Source: Planctomycetota bacterium
GTDB taxonomy: Bacteria > Planctomycetota > B15-G4 > JADJEK01
Assembly: GCA_044225365.1 (NCBI GenBank)
Contig: JBGAIQ010000001.1
Location: 96,001-160,000, forward strand
Reading direction: 5' to 3'
Length of the DNA: 64,000 nt
Shown: positions 8,581 to 17,701 of the stretch, piece after piece
How the letters are laid out: the number at the start of each line of letters is the position of its first letter
How positions within the stretch are numbered: position 1 is the stretch's first letter
Position numbers and translations under genes: made by a program
The notes under the pieces: generated by a model
The model's input: only the letters and a program-made list of their open reading frames with translations
Told to the model about the DNA's origin: nothing
Databases searched by the model: none

Positions 8581-10230
8581 TCAGCTCGGGCCGAGGTCGA
8601 TGAGCACGGCCTCGCGCACTTCGGGCAATGCGACGATCGCATCGAGTGCGCCCTGCGGAACGCCCGGTTCGACGTTGAGCACGGCGAGGGCGTCCCCGTC
8701 CTTGCTGCGGGGCGGGGAGAGGTGCATCGCGCGGATGTTCACATGCGCATCGCCGAGCAGGGTTCCGACGCGGCCGACGACGCCCGGTCGATCCTCGTTG
8801 CGAATGACGAGCAGGATGCCCTCGGCGAGGGCTTCGAGGGGATGCTCGCCGATACGGACGATTCGCGGCTGCCGATGCCCGAACAGCGCACCTGCGACGC
8901 TCACCCTGCGCGCCCCGGAGTGGCTGTGGATCGCGAGGAGATTCGGGAAATCGCGCATGTGTTCCGAATGGCGTTCGCCGACCGCGATCTCGAGTTCGGC
9001 CGCGGCGGCGAAGGCATTGACTTCGTTCACGGGTCGACGACTGCGGGTCGCGACGAATCCTGCGAGCGCCGCGCGCGTGACGGTGGCCGTGTCGAGCTGT
9101 GCGAGTCGGCCGTGGAAGGTGACCTCGATTCGCTCCACCTTGGGCTCGGAGAGCCCGGACAGGAGCCGTCCGAGCCGTCGACCCAGGTCGAGCCACGGGG
9201 CAACGGCGCGGAACGCGGTCGTGGTGAGTCGCGGCAGGTTCACCGCGTTTCGCAACTCGCCATCGACGAGGTAGCCGATGACCTGGCGGCAGATCTCGAG
9301 CGCGGCGCGCGCTTGCGCTTCGTGCGTCGCGGCGCCGAGGTGCGGTGTCGCGACGACGTCCTCGCGCTGCAGCAGGGGATGATCCGGGCTCGGGGGCTCG
9401 ACTTCGAACACGTCGAGCGCGGCGCCGGCGACCTTCTTCGATTCGAGCGCCGCGAGGAGCGCCGTTTCGTCGAGGATTCCGCCGCGGGCGCAGTGGATGA
9501 TCCGCACGCCGTCCTTCATGCGCGCGAACATCGCGGCGTCGACGAAGTGATGCGTGTTCTCCAGCAGCGGGACGTGGATCGTGAGGAAGTCCGCCTTCGC
9601 GAGCACGACTTCGAGCGGAAGCACCGTTGCCCCCGAGTCCTTCAGTGCGTCCGGCGCGAGGAACGGGTCGTAGACGATCGGTTCCATTCCGATCGCGCGC
9701 GCGCGACGGGCGACGCGTTGGCCGATGTTGCCGCCTCCCAGGATCCCGAGGACCTTGCCCTGCAGTTCGATGCCGAGAAATCTCGACTTCGAGAACTTTG
9801 CGCCCGCGCGCAGCGCTCGATCCGATTGCGGAACGTGGCGCGCCAGAGCGAACAGGAGAGCGAGCGTGTGCTCCGCCGTCGTGTCGGCGTTCGCGTCGGG
9901 GCAGTTCATCACGAGGATGCCGCGCGCGGTCGAGGCTTCGACGTCGACGTTGTCGACGCGGATTCCCGCGCGTCCGATGACTCGCAACCGCGACGCAGCA
10001 GCGACGACGTCCGCAGATATCCGAGTCGAACTGCGCACGATGATCGCGTCGACGTGCTTCACGGCGGCGATCAAAGCGGCTTCATCGAGTCCCGTTCTCA
10101 CTTCCACCACGAGGTCGGGGTGGTTGCGCAGCAATTCGAGACCCTCGCTCGAGAGTTCGTCTGCGACCAGGACCCGGTGGCGATGGTCGTGGGTAGGGGG
10201 CGTGCTCATCGCGTTGGTCTCGTTCGTCAT
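8581..10230 (-). CDS. serA: D-3-phosphoglycerate dehydrogenase (long form, ASB + ACT)
   Basis: VRS.T, GRAG..VDNVD, G.G.IG, CARGG, DVFEVEP, TPHLGA, C-terminal ACT NEDRPGVVG. Confidence 0.9.
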   Translation of the reverse strand: MTNETNAMSTPPTHDHRHRVLVADELSSEGLELLRNHPDLVVEVRTGLDEAALIAAVKHVDAIIVRSSTRISADVVAAASRLRVIGRAGIRVDNVDVEASTARGILVMNCPDANADTTAEHTLALLFALARHVPQSDRALRAGAKFSKSRFLGIELQGKVLGILGGGNIGQRVARRARAIGMEPIVYDPFLAPDALKDSGATVLPLEVVLAKADFLTIHVPLLENTHHFVDAAMFARMKDGVRIIHCARGGILDETALLAALESKKVAGAALDVFEVEPPSPDHPLLQREDVVATPHLGAATHEAQARAALEICRQVIGYLVDGELRNAVNLPRLTTTAFRAVAPWLDLGRRLGRLLSGLSEPKVERIEVTFHGRLAQLDTATVTRAALAGFVATRSRRPVNEVNAFAAAAELEIAVGERHSEHMRDFPNLLAIHSHSGARRVSVAGALFGHRQPRIVRIGEHPLEALAEGILLVIRNEDRPGVVGRVGTLLGDAHVNIRAMHLSPPRSKDGDALAVLNVEPGVPQGALDAIVALPEVREAVLIDLGPS

Positions 10231-11669
10231 CGCGCGCCGAATCCCAGCAACACGACGCGAATGGTGCGGAACAGGATCAGGATGTCGAGGTAGATCGAGA
10301 TGTTCTTGATGTAGTACAGATCGTATTGCAGCTTCTCGATCGCGTCTTCCTTCGACGCACCGTAGCGGTAGTTGATCTGTGCCCAGCCGGTGATGCCCGG
10401 CTTCACGACGAGACGTTCGGTATAGAACGGGATGTCCTGCTTCAACTCGTCGACGAAATACGGACGCTCGGGGCGAGGTCCTACGAACGACATGTCGTTC
10501 TTCAGGACGTTCCAGAGTTGGGGAATCTCGTCGATGCGCAGTTTGCGGAGCAGCCGGCCGACGCGCGTGATTCGCGGATCGTCTTCCCCGGCCCAGACCG
10601 GTCCGCTCTCCTTCTCCGCGTCCTGGCGCATCGAGCGGAACTTGTAGATGCGAAACACGCGTCCTTCCTTGCCGACTCGCGGTTGCGAGAAGATCACGGG
10701 ACCGCGTGACTCGAGCTTGATCACGAGGGCCGTCAGGATGAGCACGGGCAAAGCGAGCACGATGCCCGCCGCGGCGAGCACGATGTCGAGTGCTCGCTTG
10801 AAGATGTAGTTGAACTTCGAGCGATTGAATCCTTCGGAGAAGATCAGGTACGACGGTCGCAACTTCTCGACCGAGATCTTCCCCGTGACGCGTTCGTAGA
10901 GGAGTTCGCCCTCCTCGACCTTGACTCCCTGCAGCCGGCAATTCAGGAGTTCGATCACGGGGAGGTTCCCGCGACGTTCCGGGAGGCAAACGATGACGCG
11001 GTGGATCCCCTGCTCCTTCACGGTCGATACGATCTTGTCGAATCCACCGAAGATGGGGTGGTTGCAGTAGCTCGAGCGCTTGCCGTCGTAGTCCTGCACG
11101 ATGTAGCCGACGATCTCGTATCCCGGATCGTGCCGGTCACGCAGTTCGCGCTCGATCAGCTCCGCCATCTTCCCGTCGCCGACCATCAGCAGTCGATCGG
11201 CGAACGGCACGCGCACCACGGTCCAGTCGAACGCTCGCCGATAGCCGTAGGCGGAGACGAACGAGAGCGCGATTCCGGAGACCGCGTGGATGATCGTGAG
11301 CTTGTAGGTGCTGAGCGGCCGGAATTCGCCGCTCCCCACGGCGGAGACGACTCGATCGATGCCGTCGAATGCGAAGTAGATGAGTGCGAGCAGGATCAGT
11401 GCGTAGGAGCACGACTCGATCAGTCGGATCGAGGTCTGATGCTTGTGCCTGATGATCCGCCACTCGTACAGGTCGTTGTAGTAGAACGCGAGTTGACACG
11501 TGACGACGACGACGAGGCTGCGCAGGATCGCTTCGCTCCAGGGAAACGACTTTCCCGGGTCGGAGAGCGCGGGGACGAGATAGCGCAGATGGGTGCACGG
11601 CAGGACGACGGCGAGAAGCGTGAGCGTCTCGCACAGAACGAGCATCGTCTTGCGCGTCGAGATCGTCAT
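10227..11669 (-). CDS. Polyprenyl glycosylphosphotransferase (exopolysaccharide priming sugar transferase, XrtA-system-like)
   Basis: N-terminal TMs; KRALDI, YKFRSM, DPRITRVG, DEIPQL, GPRPERP, KPGITGWAQ, DLYYIKN. Confidence 0.93.
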   Translation of the reverse strand: MTISTRKTMLVLCETLTLLAVVLPCTHLRYLVPALSDPGKSFPWSEAILRSLVVVVTCQLAFYYNDLYEWRIIRHKHQTSIRLIESCSYALILLALIYFAFDGIDRVVSAVGSGEFRPLSTYKLTIIHAVSGIALSFVSAYGYRRAFDWTVVRVPFADRLLMVGDGKMAELIERELRDRHDPGYEIVGYIVQDYDGKRSSYCNHPIFGGFDKIVSTVKEQGIHRVIVCLPERRGNLPVIELLNCRLQGVKVEEGELLYERVTGKISVEKLRPSYLIFSEGFNRSKFNYIFKRALDIVLAAAGIVLALPVLILTALVIKLESRGPVIFSQPRVGKEGRVFRIYKFRSMRQDAEKESGPVWAGEDDPRITRVGRLLRKLRIDEIPQLWNVLKNDMSFVGPRPERPYFVDELKQDIPFYTERLVVKPGITGWAQINYRYGASKEDAIEKLQYDLYYIKNISIYLDILILFRTIRVVLLGFGAR

Positions 11670-11773
11670 GTTCGGGTGGACCGGACCTTACGGACCGTGG
11701 CTACGACGAACGACTCATCGTCGCCAATGGCGCATTCTCTGAAACGGATTCGCAGGCGCCAGTTGCGCATGAT

Positions 11774-12142
11774 TCAAAGCAAGGGAATCCACTCGAGGAG
11801 TGGTGGTGCGTCGGTGCTCGTTACGACGATCGACGCCGCGACCAGGCGGACATCCACTTCGTCTTCGATCGAGTGATCCTCGAGGAACTCCATCGCGCCG
11901 CTCTCCATGCGTTCGAGTTTGATCGGCTTGATCTGCTCGTAGGGATAGCCTGCGATGGCTCCGCTCCGGGTCTTGACCTCGACGAACCAGACTTCGTCAC
12001 CGCGCCGGGCCACGATGTCGAACTCGACGCCGTTCAGTCGGAGGTTGCGGGCGAGGATCGCGAAGCCGCGGGCCACGAGGTCGGCTTCAGCGAGTCGCTC
12101 CCCCAGTCGGCCGAGCATCCGGGGTGGAATCGGGTTTCCCAT
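11774..12142 (-). CDS. YraN/UPF0102 family protein
   Basis: LG..GE.LA, ILARN.R, EFDIVAR, FVEVKTR. Confidence 0.88.
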   Translation of the reverse strand: MGNPIPPRMLGRLGERLAEADLVARGFAILARNLRLNGVEFDIVARRGDEVWFVEVKTRSGAIAGYPYEQIKPIKLERMESGAMEFLEDHSIEDEVDVRLVAASIVVTSTDAPPLLEWIPLL

Positions 12143-12506
12143 TCTCGGCACCGCGCTTCTTCTCCGAGTCCTTGCCTTCGGTCGTATCGAGCCGGCCCGC
12201 GATCGCCTGGCGGCGGAAACGAATCCGCACGTTTTGATTGTCGTCGACCTTCAAGGTCACGATGTCGTCGCTGATGTCGGCGATCTGACCGAGGATGCCC
12301 GAGTGGGTGACGACCGTGTCGTGCTTCTTCAGCTCGTTGAGCATCTGTTCGCGCTTCTTCTGCTCCTTCTTCTGGGGCAGGATCAGCATGAAGTAGAAGA
12401 TCGCGAAGAGACCGCCGCCGTAGATGAGCATGGTCTTCATGCCATCGGGCGCAGCACCCGGCGCGGTGTCCTCGAAAGCGAGCAGCATCAGGACGGTATT
12501 CAGCAT
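12087..12506 (-). CDS. yajC: Preprotein translocase subunit YajC
   Basis: IFYFMLILPQKK.QKK..MLNELKK.D.VVT.SGI.G. Confidence 0.92.
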   Translation of the reverse strand: MLNTVLMLLAFEDTAPGAAPDGMKTMLIYGGGLFAIFYFMLILPQKKEQKKREQMLNELKKHDTVVTHSGILGQIADISDDIVTLKVDDNQNVRIRFRRQAIAGRLDTTEGKDSEKKRGAENGKPDSTPDARPTGGATR

Positions 12507-12662
12507 GGGTCTCACCTCGTCGAGGGTGTCGAATGCGCCGGAGGCTCTTCCAACGCAGTCGATGTCGCAACGAACGTCGAAACGCGCGACTCTAACGGAA
12601 GAGGGAGGTCTCAGCAATCACGGCCTGTGGGGATCGCGTCGCGAGCTGGTAGATTCGAAGGG

Positions 12663-13775
12663 ATGACGAACGTCGCACCCGAACGAATCCTCGTGGCCAT
12701 GAGCGGAGGCGTGGACTCCGCCACCGCGGCGACCCTGCTGCATCGGCGCGGCCACGAGATCGTAGGCGTGTTCATCCGCAATGGCGTGACGCGGGAGGGG
12801 CCGGGGTCCTCGAAGTCCTGTTGTTCGGTCTCCGACGCGGCCGACGCGCGACGTGTCGCCGCACGTCTCGACGTGCCGTTCTACACCGTCGACGCCGCCG
12901 TTCCGTTTCGGTCGATCGTCGAGGGATTCAAGGCTGCGTACCGTGAAGGACGCACTCCCAATCCCTGCGTTCGCTGCAATTCCGAGGTGAAGTTCGGGCA
13001 GCTCCTCGACCTCGCGGATCAGATCGGCGCAACGCGCGTGGCAACCGGGCACTACGCGCGGATCGAGCGACGCGGCGATCGCTACGTGCTCCAGAAATCG
13101 ATCGATTCCGCTAAAGATCAATCGTACGTCCTGTCGACATTGACACAGGATCAACTCGCCCGCGCGGAATTTCCGCTCGGGGGCGTCCACAAGGACGAAG
13201 TTCGAAGGCTCGCTCGCGAGGCGGGGTTACCCGTTGCGGACAAGCCGGAGAGCCAAGAGATCTGTTTCGTGCCGACCGGCGACTATCGTGACCTTCTTCA
13301 AGAGGGAGGGGACGCGAGCGATCGACCGGGAGAGATCGTGGACCTCGACGGAAGAGTCCTGGGTACGCATCCGGGCGTCGAGGGCTTCACGATCGGTCAA
13401 CGCAGAGGGCTCGGGATCGCGAGCGGCGAGCCGTTGCACGTCGTCGCGATCGAACCAACGAGTCGGCGAGTGGTCGTGGGACATCGCGCGGCGGCGCGCT
13501 TCCACGGCTTCATCGCGAGCGGTGCGAACTGGATCGCTTGCCCCGAACCGGACACTTCCGAACGGATCGCCGTCACGGCGCGGATCCGACATCGACATTC
13601 GGGCGGCCAAGGCGTCGCCAGGGTGCTTCCAGAAGGTCGGTTTCGCGTCGACTTCGAGAGTCCGGAGTTTGCCGTCACGCCAGGGCAGACCGCCGTACTC
13701 TACGCAGGTGACGACGTCCTCGCCGCGGGCATGATCGAACATGCCTGGCGGGAGGAACGTCATGAAGATCCGTAG
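12663..13775 (+). CDS. mnmA: tRNA 2-thiouridine(34) synthase
   Basis: AMSGGVDS, GRTPNPCVRCN, ATGHYAR, KDQSY, ESQEICF, FTIGQRRGLG, TPGQ. Confidence 0.96.
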   Translation: MTNVAPERILVAMSGGVDSATAATLLHRRGHEIVGVFIRNGVTREGPGSSKSCCSVSDAADARRVAARLDVPFYTVDAAVPFRSIVEGFKAAYREGRTPNPCVRCNSEVKFGQLLDLADQIGATRVATGHYARIERRGDRYVLQKSIDSAKDQSYVLSTLTQDQLARAEFPLGGVHKDEVRRLAREAGLPVADKPESQEICFVPTGDYRDLLQEGGDASDRPGEIVDLDGRVLGTHPGVEGFTIGQRRGLGIASGEPLHVVAIEPTSRRVVVGHRAAARFHGFIASGANWIACPEPDTSERIAVTARIRHRHSGGQGVARVLPEGRFRVDFESPEFAVTPGQTAVLYAGDDVLAAGMIEHAWREERHEDP

Positions 13776-14535
13776 CGCATTCGTCGTCGCCCTTTTCATC
13801 GTCCCCGCGTTCGGTAGCGGATGCTCCTTCGCGCCGAAGGACGAGACTGCGTCCTACGCGGTGGACAAGAGCGAACAGCGCCCGCTGCCCGCCGCTCTTC
13901 AAAATCGCCTCGAGCGATTGCTCCACGAGATCCAGTTCGCGCAGGGCACGACTCTGCTCGCCGAGCTGCGCGAACTCTCGGCGTTCGGGAACTACGCGAC
14001 GCAGCCCGTCATCGATCGCATGTTGAAGAGTGACGACGTGCGATTGCGGGCCGGCGCCATCTACGTCCTCGGCGAGATCGATCGACTCGACGGCGACCCG
14101 CGAGCGAAGGAAGCCGTCGCGGCGGCGCTGTCCGACAACGATCGCTCCGTTCGTCTCGAGGCGGCGCGCGCGCTCCTCGAGTCCGGCGACAAGCGTGCCG
14201 CGAATCTCCTGGTCGACGCCCTCGACGATCCCCTGCGCGGGGTGCGAATCCGAGCCTTCCTCAGCCTGTCGACCGCGGCGGGCGAGAAGTACGGTTACGA
14301 CCCCGACGGCGCCTCGGAGGTTCGGCGTGCGGCGGCGGATCGGTTTCGATCCCATTTCGCCTCGGCCGCGATCGTGACGCCAGTTCAGAGTCCGATGATC
14401 GCGCCGGCTGCTACAATGCCGACGCAGCAAGTTCCCACGTCGTCGTCGCCGTCCATCCCGGGCGAGACGATGAACTCCACTGGATCGACCGACCCGGTCC
14501 ATTCGGCGGAGAGTGGGGGTTCCACCGGCTCGTGA
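13762..14535 (+). CDS. HEAT-repeat lipoprotein
   Basis: Lipoprotein-like signal (…FGSGC); HEAT/PBS repeats (LDD....VR..A); Ser/Thr/Pro-rich tail. Confidence 0.8.
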   Translation: MKIRSAFVVALFIVPAFGSGCSFAPKDETASYAVDKSEQRPLPAALQNRLERLLHEIQFAQGTTLLAELRELSAFGNYATQPVIDRMLKSDDVRLRAGAIYVLGEIDRLDGDPRAKEAVAAALSDNDRSVRLEAARALLESGDKRAANLLVDALDDPLRGVRIRAFLSLSTAAGEKYGYDPDGASEVRRAAADRFRSHFASAAIVTPVQSPMIAPAATMPTQQVPTSSSPSIPGETMNSTGSTDPVHSAESGGSTGS

Positions 14536-14550
14536 AAGGCAAGTTCGTCC

Positions 14551-14952
14551 ATGGGTGATCGTCCGGGAGAGGATTCGATCGATACTGGTTCGATGGCGGA
14601 GGAGCGGGTTCGTCCGTGCCTCGAATGCGGCACGATCCTGCCGTTCGACGCCGAGATCTGCTCACTCTGCGGTGAGCGGTATCGAGTGGGGCGGATCTCC
14701 GAAGAAGCCGTGAAGCCCTGTCTCGCCTGCGACGAGATCATTCCGGCGCGCCACTTGTTCTGCCCGAAGTGCGGCGACTTCACGCTCGAGGTCACGGTGC
14801 CGCAGGAATTCGTGCCTCAGATCGGCGCCCGCGAAGGCGCGATGCTGCTCTACGGCGTGCGATGTCTATCGGTCGTCACCGTCGTCGTCGCGATCCTGCT
14901 CGCCTGTGAAGCGGCGCTGCAGATCTACCTCGCGTACGCGAAGGGTCACTGA
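14551..14952 (+). CDS. Double zinc-ribbon protein with C-terminal TM helix
   Basis: Four CxxC pairs (CLEC, CSLC, CLAC, CPKC) then a hydrophobic helix. Confidence 0.8.
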   Translation: MGDRPGEDSIDTGSMAEERVRPCLECGTILPFDAEICSLCGERYRVGRISEEAVKPCLACDEIIPARHLFCPKCGDFTLEVTVPQEFVPQIGAREGAMLLYGVRCLSVVTVVVAILLACEAALQIYLAYAKGH

Positions 14953-14965
14953 ACCGAGCAGGACG

Positions 14966-15421
14966 TCACTCCGCAGGAGGCGCCGACGCCGTGGAGTCGG
15001 GGCGACCTGCACCTTCGTGTTCGCCGAATCGACGCAGGATCTCGGGAAACGACGCATGACGTCGAACGCCGGCGAGATCGGGATCGGTCAGCAGGTGGTC
15101 GAGTTCGTTGTAGCCGTGGCGAATCGCCGTGAGGATCTCGCGCATGGCTTCGTCGACCTGACCGGTGAGCGAAAGCGAACACGCGAGGTTGTAGTGGACG
15201 ATCGGGTCGAGTGGAGCCAGGGCGACGAGTCGCAGATCGATCGCGAGCCCGTCCTGGTATCTCCCGACGCGCGAATAGAGTTCGCCGAGTCGCACCAGGA
15301 TCTCGAAGTCGATCGGGTTGTCGGCGAGTGCGACTTCCAGGAGTTCGATCTCGTACCGATCGGCGATCGCGGAGATTCGCTCCTCCGTCGTGCGCTGCAG
15401 AACCGTCGTACGAGTCGTCAT
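14966..15421 (-). CDS. Small TPR protein
   Basis: LGELYSRVGRY..GL..D, HYNLACSLSL.G, DPDL..VR cap. Confidence 0.82.
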   Translation of the reverse strand: MTTRTTVLQRTTEERISAIADRYEIELLEVALADNPIDFEILVRLGELYSRVGRYQDGLAIDLRLVALAPLDPIVHYNLACSLSLTGQVDEAMREILTAIRHGYNELDHLLTDPDLAGVRRHASFPEILRRFGEHEGAGRPDSTASAPPAE

Positions 15422-15546
15422 TTGTCCGGGATCCTCTGCTACCGTCGGCGAATGCGAGAATATATGCTGCGAGTTCGATCCACCGAAAACCGTTCTGTTT
15501 CGCGCCGCACAGCGCGTCCATTTGAGAGTAACCGGAGCGTGCTCCG

Positions 15547-16647
15547 ATGAAACTGTTCTTCTGCGATATCTGCAACGAGTCGATTCCGTTGCAGGACATC
15601 AAGGACAACCGAGCGACGACGATCAAGGGGAAGATCTTCTGTCGTGCCTGCAATCCCCTCAATGAACTCGCTGCGACGGAAGCTCCCGCCGCAGTGGGCG
15701 CGTCTGCGGGTGCATCCTCGGGAGGCGCTTCCACGGCGTCGCTCGCGATGCTCTACGTGGGCGTGGTCGCCGCTCTCGGCGCCTCCGGCTACCTGCTGTG
15801 GGAAAAGGCGTATCGGAGCGCGGACACGGGTCAACTCGCGATGAAGCGAGTGGAAACGGTCGAGTCGAACCTCGGCGACACGAAGCAGGACATTCGTCTG
15901 ATCAAGGACAGCGTGGCGGAACTCGCCGCGCTCCGAGTGATTCCGAAGGGTCTCGAGACGCTTCAGGAGGAGCAGGCGCGCATCAAGGGGGAGATCGAGA
16001 AGGTCAATTCCAGCATCGCGGCCGCCGAGAAGAACCTGAATACCGTCGGCACGCTGCGCGAGAGCCTCGACAAGGTCACATTGCGGCAGGACGAGTTCGC
16101 GGGCAAGCTCGGTCGCCTCGAAGGCATCGTCTCGCAGATGCAGTCGCAATTGAAGGAAGTGGCCGATCGGCCACCCGTGCTGGTCGCACCGAACGAAGGC
16201 AAGAGCGAAGCTGGGACCCCGGCGAATGGCGGGAGCGGCGCCGAGGCGCAGCCACCTCTCGACGCCAAACTCACGGCGTTGATCGAGAAGCTCGGATCGT
16301 CCGACCCGATGGTGCGTTGGGAAGCCGTGGATCAGATTCGCGCGGCGAAGGAGAAAGCGCTCATCCCGCACGTCGTGAAGCTGCTCGCCGATCGCGATAC
16401 CTTCGTACGAGCACAGGCGATCTACACGCTCGGCGAATTGAAAGCGACGAAGGCGGTTCCCGACCTCGTGAAACTGCTCCGCGACGACGAACAGATGATT
16501 CGCGAGGAATCGCTCGTAGCCCTCAACGAGATCACGAACGCGAACATCAAGTTCGACATGGGGAACAAGGCCGAGCGTGAGAAGGGCGTGAAGAAGTGGG
16601 AGGATTGGCTCGCCAAGAACAAAGATTCGCTCGGATCGGGCGGATGA
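15547..16647 (+). CDS. Zinc finger - TM - coiled coil - HEAT repeat protein
   Basis: CDIC…CRAC, TM helix (MLYVGVVAALGASGYLLW), heptad-rich segment, three HEAT repeats. Confidence 0.82.
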   Translation: MKLFFCDICNESIPLQDIKDNRATTIKGKIFCRACNPLNELAATEAPAAVGASAGASSGGASTASLAMLYVGVVAALGASGYLLWEKAYRSADTGQLAMKRVETVESNLGDTKQDIRLIKDSVAELAALRVIPKGLETLQEEQARIKGEIEKVNSSIAAAEKNLNTVGTLRESLDKVTLRQDEFAGKLGRLEGIVSQMQSQLKEVADRPPVLVAPNEGKSEAGTPANGGSGAEAQPPLDAKLTALIEKLGSSDPMVRWEAVDQIRAAKEKALIPHVVKLLADRDTFVRAQAIYTLGELKATKAVPDLVKLLRDDEQMIREESLVALNEITNANIKFDMGNKAEREKGVKKWEDWLAKNKDSLGSGG

Positions 16648-16650
16648 TCC

Positions 16651-17613
16651 TCACGGCTTGAAGAGGCGTTCGATCTTCACGGCCGAGCGCAGTTTCTCGT
16701 ACATCTCGGATCGCTCCGAGCCTGCGACCGGATCGTCCTGGATCGCCTTCTTCAGATCGTCCTTCACGGCGTCGATCGCGACCGGTGTACTCGATTCGAA
16801 TCGCAGGATCGTGAAGCCGAGGCCATCCTTCACGAGAGGTGCGAGCGGGTGATCCTTGTCCAGGGCCCGCGCAGCGTCCCGCACGGGAGCGCCGAAGCGG
16901 TCCTCGGTGAGGTGCTCGATCAGGCCGCCGTTCGGCGCGCTCGCAGAGTCGTGACTGAACTCCTTCGCGATCGCTCCGATCTCCTCGCCCTTGCTGATGC
17001 GCGTCCAGAGATCGGTCGCGAGCTTCGCGGCGCGGTCCGCGACTTCCTGCGGACTGGTCGATCGTGGCTCGCCGCGACGGACGCGTTCCTGCTCCAACGT
17101 GAAGCTGTTGATGCGCACGGCGCGGACCGACAGGCGTCGCGCCGGGTCTCCGTAGTCGCGCGTGAATCGTGCGGCGAGTGCCGCATCGGAAACGTCCCTA
17201 GCGTGTCGACAGAGACGATCGAGGGTCATGTCGGAGAGGATCTCGTGCTTCTTCGCGATCGCCCAAGTGTCGCGCGTCTGTCCCGCGGTCCGCAGCTCGT
17301 CGATGAAACCGGCCTCGTTACCCTTGAACCGTTGCTTGACATTGGTGTTCCAAAGGGTCTCAAATGCCGAGTCGACTTCGGCACTCGGTACGGTGCAGCC
17401 AGCATCCGCGGCCGCCTTCAAGAGGATCCTCTCGTCGAGGAACTGATTGAGGAGGGACGCGCCCTGCACCTCGACGAGCCAACGTTGGTACTCCGCAAGC
17501 GTCGCGTCATCCCCGTCGATACGGGCAAGGACATTCGGGAGCGGAGGAGTGGACTTGTTCGCGTCGTCGCCGACGAGAACGAGGACAAGTGTGAGCAGGA
17601 AGCCGGCAATCAT
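16651..17613 (-). CDS. Secreted parvulin/SurA-like peptidyl-prolyl isomerase
   Basis: Signal peptide, SurA N-like helices, AKEFSHD..SA.NGG.I. Confidence 0.78.
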   Translation of the reverse strand: MIAGFLLTLVLVLVGDDANKSTPPLPNVLARIDGDDATLAEYQRWLVEVQGASLLNQFLDERILLKAAADAGCTVPSAEVDSAFETLWNTNVKQRFKGNEAGFIDELRTAGQTRDTWAIAKKHEILSDMTLDRLCRHARDVSDAALAARFTRDYGDPARRLSVRAVRINSFTLEQERVRRGEPRSTSPQEVADRAAKLATDLWTRISKGEEIGAIAKEFSHDSASAPNGGLIEHLTEDRFGAPVRDAARALDKDHPLAPLVKDGLGFTILRFESSTPVAIDAVKDDLKKAIQDDPVAGSERSEMYEKLRSAVKIERLFKP

Positions 17614-17701
17614 GGGCGCCCGTACCCCATTGGTTCATGGGTTCGATCGATGATGGATATCGCAGGCGCGTGATTCGCGCCGAACGCGACGAGCTCGAGA
17701 T

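Noticed and set aside
12087-12142. yajC/yraN overlap as a frameshift fusion
   Set aside because: Both domains are complete; the overlap involves only a non-conserved YajC tail.
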